Assembly: GCF_000150275.1 (NCBI RefSeq)
Contig: NW_002060957.1
Location: forward strand, 1,228,445-1,292,444
DNA length: 64,000 bases
Origin: Trichoplax adhaerens
Taxonomy: Eukaryota > Animalia > Placozoa
Direction: 5' to 3'
Positions 1 to 15,392 of this stretch are shown piece by piece. The notes under the pieces were generated by a model that saw only the letters and a program-made list of their open reading frames with translations, did not search any database and had not been told where the DNA came from. The translations under genes and the position numbers were made by a program. Position 1 is the first letter of the stretch. Every line of letters starts with the position of its first letter.

Positions 1-54
1 TAGCGATTGCATTCGTATTCTTACTCTTGCAAATATCTTAATTTTGTTTCATAG

Positions 55-3162
<3,108 letters not shown>

Positions 3163-3790
3163 AGGAACAACAGATTCTAGGATATGGATCACCAAGGTCA
3201 TTTTTGTAGTTCCGTTAAATGTGGTAGTTTTTTCTTTTGCGAGTTTATCATGCTAGACGGATAAATTAATCTTTGCTTGTTCTATGTAATCCAGTTTTGG
3301 TGTCATTTGTAATTTACTTACTTTATTAGTTTTTCAACCTTTGTTTTAATTGATATCTTACAAGTTAGTTGCATCCAATATTGCGATGGATATGCTGTGC
3401 ATTTAGTCCTTCATGCAATTAGCATAGAGTTGGATTCATAATTTGAATATTTGATAAGTTAAATTCATTTTACTGCAATTCACCTTTATAGTTTGGTAAT
3501 TTATTAGATAGCTCTTTGCTTCTGTGCTTTAGTCGCTATGGTTATCGAGCAATCGGCCTGATTGAACGGTTACTTAACTTGTTTTTATCAAGAATAGGAT
3601 GTAATCGCATAACTGAATAAATATGTAATTTCAATTATAGGCCTGTAGTTATTTTGTAATCAATGGGGATATTTTGAAGAAGTTAAAGGGTGGCTTAAAC
3701 AAATTCAGTAAAAGACGTAACACGAGCTTAAAATGGATAGTATGAATTATGCCATACTATTTTAATCAGGCTATTTAGTTACAGCATCAG

Positions 3791-4454
3791 CGTGAATCTG
3801 TTAAGCTATACTATTATTTATCCGCACATCAAGTTATCGTTTATTTGTTTAGTTTAGAGTATACAGAGATGGATAATATACTAATGAGATACAGATATCC
3901 CCAACATCCGTCTACGAAGGTATAAATAATTTATGAAATTGAAACTGCACTAACGTGGTTATAACCACTGTAGTACGCTAGTTCTTAGCTAGCCTGATGG
4001 ATTTAATTGTATCAGTATTGAAAATCCAGTTCTTGAAATTTAACTTGAACTGATATCGCAGCTACCATATGATATTCTATTTTATAGTATTAGTACTATT
4101 TAGGGTTTAGGCTAATTAATTGCAGGTTTACTGCGAATCTGATAAGCTATGCTGGTGTTCATCCACACATGTAGTTGTCAGTTATTTGTTCAGATGACGG
4201 TATAGAAAGATCGATGATAGACGAATAGGATAAGTATATCTCTAACACACGTCCACGAGGGTAGAAATAATTTGCGAAATTTAAACTGCACTAATGTGTT
4301 TATAGCTACAGTAGTAGGTTAGTTCTTACTTGGCCTGTTGTATTTATTGATGTCAATATTGAAATCCATTTCTTGAAACGTAACTTAAGCTGATACAGTA
4401 TTGTAGCTACTTTGTGCTACTCTATTTATAGTATCAGGACTATTTAAGATTTTA
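3791..4454. repeat. Diverged direct tandem duplication, 2 copies of ~340 bp, between the DPP4 paralogs
   Basis: Collinear shared blocks GAATCTG(T/A)TAAGCTAT...GAAATT(G/T)AAACTGCACTAA...TAGTTCTTA...TTCTTGAAA...TTTATAGTAT occur at ~3791-4110 and ~4131-4454. Confidence 0.75.
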
Positions 4455-5487
4455 ATAAACGGAGATAATTCAAAGATTCTGCAAAACAATCAAGTTATGA
4501 ATATTGTATCCATAGGCCAAAGCAGAAACTGTACTCGAGACCAAAACTCGACCACTTTACGTCTACCAGTTTAGGCTGACTTTGCAGCCGCCAATATTTG
4601 ATTTAGTGAGATAATAAGGTATGAATAAATACATTTACTTCGGCGATACTCTACAGCGTAAATTTTACTCATTCATTCTAACAGCTATAAAGTAGGATTT
4701 TACACTGTTGTAATTGGCATTTTTAGTTTTAGTCAAGCTAGAAATTTTTATCATAATATTTACTCCGATTTAGTGTCTCAGAGTACCTGCATCACCTAAA
4801 TAAAGGTAGTTACAAATCCTGTAGAGATTAGCTTGCTCTTTGTGGTCTTTAAATACCATAGGAAGAATTAAAAAAATCTATATTGAATCAGCAAGTGATC
4901 TATTGTATAAGTCACTCTTGTATCTATGTATAACTTGACTCTACGTATAAAGTAGAATTAAATGCTTTCAAAGGTAGATGGAATCCTTTTGTAAATTTAA
5001 CTCGTTGTACTAATGGATTACTCTCAATATACGTATATCCAGTTTTCATGTAAATAATTGCATATGATTGTTATATAAATCAAATAAACTATTTTTAACC
5101 CAATAAAATAAGCCTGTAGGCTAACTTTTGGCTTTAAAACTCAAACAGTAAAGGTAAAAACAGCTGCATGGTCTATTAGATAATATATGTAATATATTTG
5201 AGCTCCACCTGGCAAGATGGTAAGTGTTGACTCAGCCCTGGACGATCATTCTATGCACTATCGTAATTTCAGCATATTTTCACATTCGCTTAAACAGTCA
5301 TAAAAAACTGGCTCACAAGATTTATGATATTGGGATGGGCAAATGCTAACAAAAGTGTTTTGCTTCCGATTTGATCATTTTAATCTTTAAATTATCTATT
5401 CATACCCTATAGACGAACACTAATTGCCATAGTAGAATTCCTATACCTAATTGTGAGTTGAGTAGCTATACTGAAAGTTTAACAATT

Positions 5488-8400
5488 ATGGTAAGTTAGC
5501 TAGAATAGTTTTGGCTGGATTTCTTGTTCGATATTCTATCAATAGAAATTCTACCTCCTTAATGTGTTCTTTTAAAGATCTTGGTGTTAATGATAGTAAA
5601 TAATTTTAATTTTGATAACAATTTTTACTCCAAATGTGTCATTAATCGATAGTTAATATCTGAAAGAAGTTAAATTAAAATTTAAATTACAGAACTTTGT
5701 TCATTTATATAACGATTTTATTAGTAGCTCTAGGTTATAGTATTTGTCATTGATTAAGCAATAATGACGATATTATAGCCAGTCTGATCAGAAACTTGTT
5801 GAGTTACCTTCCGAATAAACTTTACATTACGCACCTTTGCTTCACAAGTCCCCAGTCAACCCAGGAAAGACCAAATCTTTCTCAGTTTTCATTCATATCA
5901 AGCTCCAACGTTAATGGTACGTTGATTAATTTAGGTATTATTTTATTCATTTAGGGGACTCCTAGAATTCAAATTCGAAATACGGATCGAAAGACCTATA
6001 TTTTAATCGGGTCAATAATTTTGTTCGTTGGTGCTATTGTAGGAATTATAGCAGTAACTATATATTTAAGAAGTTAGTTTGCAACTTAAAATAATCTTAA
6101 GAATTAAGGATGGTGGAGCTGATTCTATCCAGTCCCTCTATTTTTTACGCATTATTCAATCCAGTTTTAGTTGCGAGGCAGTCGAAATTTAAACTAACTT
6201 GAAATCATAATGATATTGACTAGACAGCAACATTGATGCTCAACCGCCTAGTTACCAAGGCCGTATTTATGGATTCAGCCAGCTTTTCAACTCTTCATTT
6301 AATCCACAGTCAGTCTATGTGAGCTGGCTTAGCGGTATATTGATCCACTCCTCTTTTAATATTAATATTAATTTTCTTTTCCCGCTGTCAATATAGATAT
6401 GTCGAATCGCTTATCTTTCTATCTTCTTAACATGATAGATACATCCTATGAATATAACAATGCAGATGGAGATCTTATAGAATACAATGTTGATACTAAT
6501 ACTTCTAAAACCCTTCTAACAGCATCTGAAAAGGTGAGATTTTCTTATTCTTTGAACTATTTCTCCTAGAACTATAAACTAGTTTACCTCTGCTAGCTCT
6601 TATGGTTTGAATAAAATTGAAAGTACTAAATATATTCTAGTTTATTGCCTTAATAAAATCAAGTACTGGCAGTAATGCATTATGCAATTATAATTCCATG
6701 CAATATAAATTTCCTTTGCATAGGCATCACTTAAAGGGGAAAGGACTTGGATTAGTCCTGATGGCCAATATTTATTGCTAGCCTATGAAGTGAAATTGGT
6801 GTGTTAATCATTTAAATTCATAATTGCAATGAGTTCTATAGACTAAATCAGTGCCTATAAGAAAATCTATTATGGTTCTTTTAATAGTAGATCTAGCTGT
6901 CTCTTCTTAGCAATATATCTTCCGAAAGATATATCAGATATTTATTCAGTGTCTCTTATGCTTTTTCTAATCTATGTTTGCTTAGCAATATCGATATTCT
7001 TTCTTTGCACGTTACGTGGCTTACAGGATCTCAGATAAGTAAGAATTTGATTTCGTTCGTCATTTGTAATCGGATTATCTAGCGTAATCAGTCTAAGACC
7101 TGCCGTCTTCTTTAATTTGGTTTACTATGAACAATAATAGTTACATCTTGATCGTAGATTTTGGCTGGTATTTAACTTTACGTTATTAGTTCGATCCGAA
7201 CTATGCATAATCGTAATTTGTTCTAATATCAGGATATTAATAAAACTTTTTAACTTGTAAATTTATTTAGAATTCAGTTAAATTCAATAATGAAATCATT
7301 TATAGCAATTCACTGATATATCTATATATAACATCAAGGCTAATTTCCGTTACGAAGCTATAAATTCTCCTTCATTAATGAAATAGATAAACATTAACTA
7401 TTTATAATTGAAGTAAAGCTAAGATTTGCTTCATATTTTTAGAGAATTCATCGAATGAAATGATAATGATACGCTAATTATATCATGTAATTTAATTTAT
7501 TTTTCATCAAGAAAAGTATTTCGCCTGGAGCCTATGGGAAGTAGTAAACTATTGCGATATATGGGCTGGTCAGCTACAGGTCACCAATTGGTAAGAAATT
7601 GAAATTTAGTATTTTGGTAGAAAATAGATTGAAGCTCCGGGTCATAATAGCTTCGACATTCGTTAATCTTACGGTATAAGATTTGAGATAATAAGATGAT
7701 ATTCTAAGCTCTTTAAATTATGTAGTGAAAACTTCCTTTACAGACGCAATTAACTACTTATTTGATAATAATTAAAGCTTTGCAAATGGTGTATACATTC
7801 TCTTTCACTAGGCATTTATCTATCTAAACGATATATACGTTATACCTGATCCAACGCAAGGGAATGCTTCTGTCCGATTAACAAATACTGGAGTTGATGG
7901 AATTATTTTTAATGGTGTACCGGATTGGAATAGCGAAGGTAATTATCTCAAATCAAAAAAATATCTGCTGCAAATTAGGCTATTAGAGAATTGAGATCAA
8001 ATTTATAGTAATTTAGCCCCAAATTTTAAATTTAAGAGCTGCTGCATTACCGACTACATTATAGCCTCAATGCTGCAATAGGGAACTGTGTACTTGTATA
8101 CTCCATAATGCTAACATTATAAAATTTTAGCGAGAAATATCGCTATCTTCTTTAACACCCTTGAATTGCATATTCTTGCATCATTATCTACCTTAGAGGA
8201 AATTTTATATAGTAGTAATGCACTATATTGGTCTAAATCGTCTACCTATATCTGCTATGGGAATTATAATGCTAGTGGAGTTGGTTCAGCGCAATGGATG
8301 TGGTACGAAGGGAAAATGTCTTATACTACAGTTAAATCGATTCAATATCCTAAGGTAAAGCGTTCAATCCTGTTAATGTTGAATATTTTCTCGTCGATTC

Positions 8401-11400
8401 TTATTGTCGCTCCTTTTATATCTTTCTTTTAGGCTGGTACTAAAAACTCTAAAATAGCAGTCTATGTCACCAAAGCAACGGATGCTAGAAACGTTGTTCA
8501 GCTACTTCCCCCGGCAAAATTTGCTAACGAGTAATGATAATTGGTCACGTAATCTAGTAGAAACTTGTTCATAGGTTTTCAATTGCATATATTCTTACGT
8601 ATTGTTTGGATAAATAAGATAATTTATTACATTCAATTTAAATGATTTACTGCTGGCAACTTCAGCATTTTCAATATCATTTATCATTTTGCCCATTTGG
8701 AATAGAGAATATTATTTCACTAATGTGGTTTGGGCATCCGATACTATTGTTACTGTGACGTGGCTAAATCGATTTTCTAACACAAGCATTTTAATGTCAT
8801 GTGATGCAACCAATGGGCAATGTCGGCAGGTGAGATGTAAAATAATCCAAGATATTTAATGCAATTTCGCCTTTATTGCACAATTTCAGTTTGATATGTA
8901 CGTCTTAATTTTGGCTCAATACGAATGCTGATAAGACATGTCTACGAGTTGCTACTATTTTTAAAGCTAAATCTAGTCTCAGAAATAATAGCACTGAAAA
9001 TATTGTAAGTGCACTAGTATATTGAAATATTAAAATTACGTTTGCAGATATATATCACAAGAACACTAACCAACATCAATCGTTGCTTAATTCTATTCTC
9101 GTCTTTTAATAATGCTTATAATTATTTTAAAACATTTCAATCACTGACTATATGAAAAACTATAGCTAACATAATTGGGCTACATAATCTACATATTTCT
9201 ATACTTAATATATTAAACTATTAGAATTTCGTTTACGGTTGTATATCACAAAGACTGCTTGCCATGCAATAATAGTTTTTATCTAAAATATTTCAATCAT
9301 CGGCTGCACTAGAAACTGTAATCAATTTAATTGGATGACATAGCCTATTTACTTCTATATTCAACTATAATTCTTTAAATAGATTCATCATCTAACACAA
9401 TCAAACGGCTGGATAGACTACAAATATGTAAGTTTCATAGATTTTGGACTATGCTCAATATTTCATTTACCTTCGAACGCGGACATATCATAGGCTATAT
9501 TCTACTAAAACTAATTGAAACTAATGTTTCTCATTTAATGTATTTAAAACTTGTGGATAATTACTAGAAAAGCCCATTATTCAATTCCGCTGGTGATTAT
9601 TACTTTGCTGTTCTTCCTAAGAAAGGTGCGAGTGGAAAAACATATTTCCATATAGCTCGAGTAACACTTTCGGTAAGTTAATGCCACTGTAAGTACAGGA
9701 ATATCTTAGATTGAAATGTTATGTTATACTGGAATAAGCTAATGCTGGCCTTCTTTTGCACGTCAGAAAGTATTCATATACCATAAAGTAAATTCGTAAA
9801 GAGGTTAATAATATCTTAAAATCTTGAATTTTATCACTTATCGTTCTCATATAGGACGGGAGAAAATTTTGGTTAACTGCTGGCAACTGGCAAGTTACAA
9901 CTATTTACGCCTATTCCGAAGCCAGGCAGTTGATGTAAGCTAGTGGAAATAAAGTCTAGGTTTTGTCCGAATAGGAAGGATAGTCTATTCAACCGCATAT
10001 TTATTTAACATTTTTTTAGCGTAATTCTTCTTCTATCTAAGATTATATACTATTCATTTAAATCTTTAAATGTCTGTGTAAAAATTATGTTTTGGGTTTA
10101 AATGAGAAATGTAGGGATCGAACAGATATGTACTTGTGTAATCTTATTGTAGATAAATTAGTTGTATAATATAGCTATATTATACAACTAATATTATGCT
10201 ACATACCACATAATTTATTGTTTTAGCTTGCTCATTTAATAGGGCTTAAACCGATATTCCGCATGTAACATATCTTTACAATTTTAATTACATAAATTGA
10301 TGAGCTAATATACTGCTGAAGCGAACTGAGTTATATAAGTGATGCCATAAGTACAGCTAAACAGATCCAATTCATTAATAAAATTTTTAAGATAGCAATA
10401 TCTTGTTATTATTTGATATCCGCTACAGTTTTACTTATTAAGCTGATAATATAATTTAATATAATCATATCTATATGAACAGATTTTTTCAGAGTACTCA
10501 ACTAAGTTCTACCAGTAGAAATATTTATAGGTAAGAAGGAATAAAGTTATTGCGGTAATATCTTTAAAAAGATTCTTGCAAAGAGAAAGCCTCTAATTTT
10601 TTTTTAATTTCAATTGCCAATTAACTCTCCATTTCATATCTGCAGTGTTTCGATTAATGGTACTAATAAGAAATGTATTAGCTGTAATTTTAAGCCCATT
10701 GGTAAGGCTATACTCATAAATATCGATATATAGTATAAATTGTGTTACTAGCGTGGCTATTATCTGATAAGATAAATTTATTGTCAGAGGAATGCAACTT
10801 CTATACTGGTTCATTTAGTACAAATGGACATTATTGCCTACTTGGTTGCCGAGGTATGAAATTTTTATCTCATTTCTAACGCAGTATTTGATTTGTCTTT
10901 TATACTTAAAATGATTGATGATATCACTTTATCTCCCCTAACTATACTCGATGACTATAATTATAAATTGCTAGTAAGAAATTTTGCTGTAGTCCTTTCT
11001 ACTGAATACTAAATGATGTATAAGCATCTATCATTGGTATCCATTTTAGGTCCAGGAATTCCTTCCTATCACCTTATCAGCACTCAATCCAATCTTCGTA
11101 TGTATATAAAAATAGGCCAATTCCTAAAATTTGTTATTCATACTAATAATTTAGCCTTACTTTTACCTCAGATGTGACAATGGAAACAAATCAACGCCTT
11201 AGAAATATACTAAAAGACATTACATTACCCAAGCGCGAAATTATGGAGTTTGAACGCGACGGATATAGTTAGTTGATTACTTCTATCTTATCCTCGATTT
11301 ATAGGCTAACTTTAATAATTTTTAGGAATATTAAATCTAAAATGATTCGATGTCAGCAATAATTTTCTATTTTCTTCCCTAATCAGAGATGAACACTTTT

Positions 11401-13320
11401 ATTTATTATCCTCCTGGATTTGATAAGGATAAGCAGTATCCTGTGTTAATGTATAAGTGAGTACCATCATATTTTCTACATGATTTTGATTTTTCTAGCT
11501 TGTTGATGTCATGAAATTATAATTTTAAACTTCAACAAAGTTATGGTGGGCCACAAAGCCAACTAGTAAGTTTACTTTCAGAAATTTTTGCTTCTCATTT
11601 TCCGATGCATTTTAAATTTCTTGTTAGTTTTAGATTATTATTCATTCCACGATCACTAGGTCAATCAACAATTTGGATTAGGATGGCCAGAATATTTCTC
11701 GTCCTTTTTGCAAATGATTGTTATTACCATCGATCCTCGTGGAACTGGCTATAAAAGCAATGAGTAAAACATCCTTTTCTTGGCCTGATAATTGTATTGG
11801 TTGAAACTAGGATCAATTTTGCTATTTTCTAAAATTTTTAAATTATTGCTATGATCTTCATCTATGTATTAGGTTTATGTATAGCACATACTTGAGAATG
11901 GGTGTACAAGAAGCAGAGGATATCATTGCCTTCGCAAAGTTCGATTCACTTCAGTTTCATTTGCATTATTTACTGATTTTAATTTTAAGTAAATAGTATT
12001 GAGTAGACAATGTAATTGGTAGCTAATTGATAATCTGCAATTACTCCATGACTGAATAATAGAGCAAGGGCAGTCATAAACTTAAATATATTGATTAAAC
12101 TAATTTTATTTTTCGAAAGGTATATTAAAACATTCCGTTATGTTCATAAAAGTAAAGTGGGCATATTTGGATGGGTAATATGCTTGTTTTGATATATTAT
12201 TTTCTAGTTTCCTTAACTAATAGAATTAAACAATATCAAGAAATTTTAATATTGAATTAATTAATAGTCCCATGGGGCCTATCTTGGAGGTATGGCTATG
12301 GGTATTAATGACCATGTTTTCAGTTTGGGTCTACTTGTTGCTCCAGTATCTGATTTTAGATTTTATGGTAAGTAGAAAATTTGTTAAGCCTTGCCTATTC
12401 TACTGATATCCAAATTTCCCTGGAGCAATAATAGCCAATTTATATACCTTAATATCGTTAATGATTGGCAACTTCGTATAATAGATACTGGTTACACTGA
12501 AAGGTTTATGCTTTCACCTAAAGAAAACTTAAAGGGCTATGAAGTATGCAAGTTCTCATTGCCTGTATTTTTTCAGTTAGCAAGATTTATTTACATCTAA
12601 GATTGAGTTAATTGAAAAATATGCAATAAAAAAGTGGATAGTATTAAAAATTGAGCAAAGTTTTTGACATTATTGTTATATATCTCTTAATTTAGCGTAC
12701 ACGTCTCTGGAACTCTTTGTTATATGTATATTTCTTCTGTTAATTATTATAATATCTGATATGTGAGCATATATGAAATTAATTAGCAAAGAATGAAAAA
12801 ATGTACTATATAAGGTCGGAAAGCATCTAAAGTACTGCAAGTTAAACTGCTTAATCGTTAGATTTAATTTTTGTGTCCATAAAAATGTTGGTCAGCTACT
12901 ACGCCATTTATTAGCATCTTCTATCTGGTAAGGTGAATCATTGTTTATAAATTAGGAAGCTTCAATCCTCAATAGACTGGATGGATTCAAAAATGCGACA
13001 GTTTTTATTGCTCATGGCAATGCCGACGATAACGTTCATTTTCAAAATAGTGCAGTCTTGGTTCAATCATTGCAGGAGAAAGGAATCCAATTTAGAATGA
13101 TGGTAAGTAAAAGTTTGCAGTAGTGCAGCTAGCAGTTGATATCAAGTACGTTTATTGATCTATATAGAGCTCATAATTAACTGTGCTTACTCCATATCTG
13201 CAGATGTATCCAAATAAAAATCATAATATTGATGGTTATGGAAGGAAACATTTATTTGTCGCCATGACCAATTTGATTGCGGAAAAATTTGTTTTAGCTA
13301 ATCCGTTCCAAAATAATTAA
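5488..13320 (+). CDS. DPP4: Dipeptidyl peptidase 4-like (S9B), paralog B; type II membrane protein, more than 25 exons
   Basis: Exon 5955-6072 encodes [39 protein letters not shown] (signal-anchor TM). Later exons give QYRYSF (Arg125 equivalent), [12 protein letters not shown] (Glu-Glu motif), YPK|AG, NGW, GNWQV, YGGPQSQ, DPRGTG, GW|SHGA (12172-12279), [22 protein letters not shown] and YPNKNHNI, with stop TAA at 13318-13320. The start codon is tentative (ATG|gtaag at 5488-5490; alternative at 5217-5219). Confidence 0.92.
9045..9382. repeat. Intronic diverged duplication (~190 bp x2) in DPP4 paralog B
   Basis: TATATCACAA...AAA(C/T)ATTTCAATCA...AAACT(A/G)TA...TAATTGG...TTCTATA...TAG recurs at ~9050-9224 and ~9242-9382. 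Confidence 0.5.
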
Positions 13321-15392
13321 ATTATAAAATTCTTGAGCTTTGTTGTAGTAAAATTTGGGTTGGTTTAGGCGGCTTTTATAAATTTCCAAATTTGCAATTC
13401 AAAAATGTGTTGCTTCGAAATATAGCATCAAGCTACTATCCAAAAATACTAAAAATATAAAGTATTTTCTAATTTTCTTGCTTAGTATTCCTATTCTCTT
13501 TAGTTATGAAAAAGTTAAATTCTAACTATGGTATCCTAGTATCGTAAACTTCATAGGAAAAAATTAAGCAAAAAATTGAAAATTTGTTAATATTGTTATC
13601 AATGGTGTCATACTTGAAATAATTGTAAATCTTGCATAGCCCACGCATCGTATCTAGATTTAACGACCAGACGTCTAGCTATTCGGTCACATCGCTGACT
13701 ATGATTACTATCTATCTACTTTATTTCAATGATTAAATATGATCTTTCTCATCTTTCTTTCTGTTTGATACTTATTTGTATGCTGTTTGGATTTATAGAT
13801 TTCTGTCATCGTTCTGATTTAAAACTAGCATCAGTACGATCTGGTTCAGTCACTTGTTAAATTATTTACAGATAAGTTACATTTAAGACTAGGTTTTTGA
13901 TATTGTTTAGTTAGCTTCGCCGAGTTAAATTATTAATATTGTTCGATTTAGGCTTTATTTGAAAACTATTAGATTTTATCCGTATTTTTAAAAGATATAT
14001 ACGTTCATATAGATAGCTACAAATGAAAAATTAGTGGTATTATTAATGCTAGTTTTATTTGCAGCCGTGATCAAGATTGTTTGTCTTATATACTCGTACG
14101 TCAGTGAAATATCTTTCTGAGATCATATTTGTGATAAAAGCTCCTGCTTTAGCTACAACGTAATCACTACATTCTCAAACAGTATTATCTACTTAATTAG
14201 TACCAATAGATGATATTAAATCTGTATCAACATCTTGCTAAAACTCTTCATATATGCTGCATAAAAAAGTACCATTTACTGCATTAATTTTAGCTTATAA
14301 TTTAAATTTTTTAAGCTCAATAATCAACTGATGCGATGTTCATTTCAGAACAAGATCTAGATTCGCCATTAATGTTAGTTTACATTGGAATGATTGTTAA
14401 GACTTTCCATGAACTACAACCTGAGAATCGACATTGGCATAACCTACATAGAACCTAAAAATACTTGTTTTACGCGTAATTTCCCAATAATTATTTCTAG
14501 TACGCGCTTTCTTGCGCCATAGCTATATTTTTACGTTAAGTCAATCGCAGTTTTCCTCCCAATAGTACGATAAATATACATTTGGTAATAAAAAAGCTAA
14601 TTTCTCTATAAGTCACAGCAACTAGCAACCTCAGATATATTCCTAATGGTATATATATATTTTATTAGAAAATTGTACATCAATTCGGTTATCATTATAA
14701 AATAGTGTCAATTATCCAGGCATCGGATAAGTCGACCATATTGCATGAAATAAAAGTTCAAAAGTGAATAAGAAATATTTCTACACTATATCTATCTGAT
14801 AGATTCGCATAAACTCAATTTTGAGCTACAATTATAAAAAATGGGCTTTACTGTCCGACCTTCAACAACACATTACGCAAATACATTGCAGTCAATTTTT
14901 TTACAGAAGATGCAATCGATAAGATTTATAAAAATTCATCGCTGCTATCAAATCGAAGAAATAACATAATGTAGTTAATTTAAAGCACAGGCCAATTTTT
15001 TAATATAGAGATGTTGAATAATAGAAAATTGGAAATACTTTACGAGCATTTAGCAATCTCTGATGGATAAAACGCAGCATCAGAAATTATAGTAAGAGAT
15101 GCAAAGGTATCAAAAAAGAATCTTTCGAGAGCTGGAATAATTTGAATGAAATTATGAGATCTTAAATAAAGTTTAAAGCGAATATATTTAAAAGGTTCCA
15201 TAGCACAGTAATAATAGTAAATTATATGTGGCCAATATCATGGTGTTTATAATGCATACAATGGTAGCAGAATTTTTCAATATCGAGATCAATTTTTTAA
15301 TTATAGCTATTGATAATTGATTTGAGAAGGAACTGTATTTTCATCTAAACTGTAGCATGGCATCCATATGTAATTTTTCATTTACCTCTTGG

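Noticed and set aside
12268-12285. DPP4 paralog B as an inactive DPP6/DPP10-type pseudo-peptidase or pseudogene
   Set aside because: Catalytic Ser, Asp and His are all present, and I found no frameshifts or premature stops in the exons checked.
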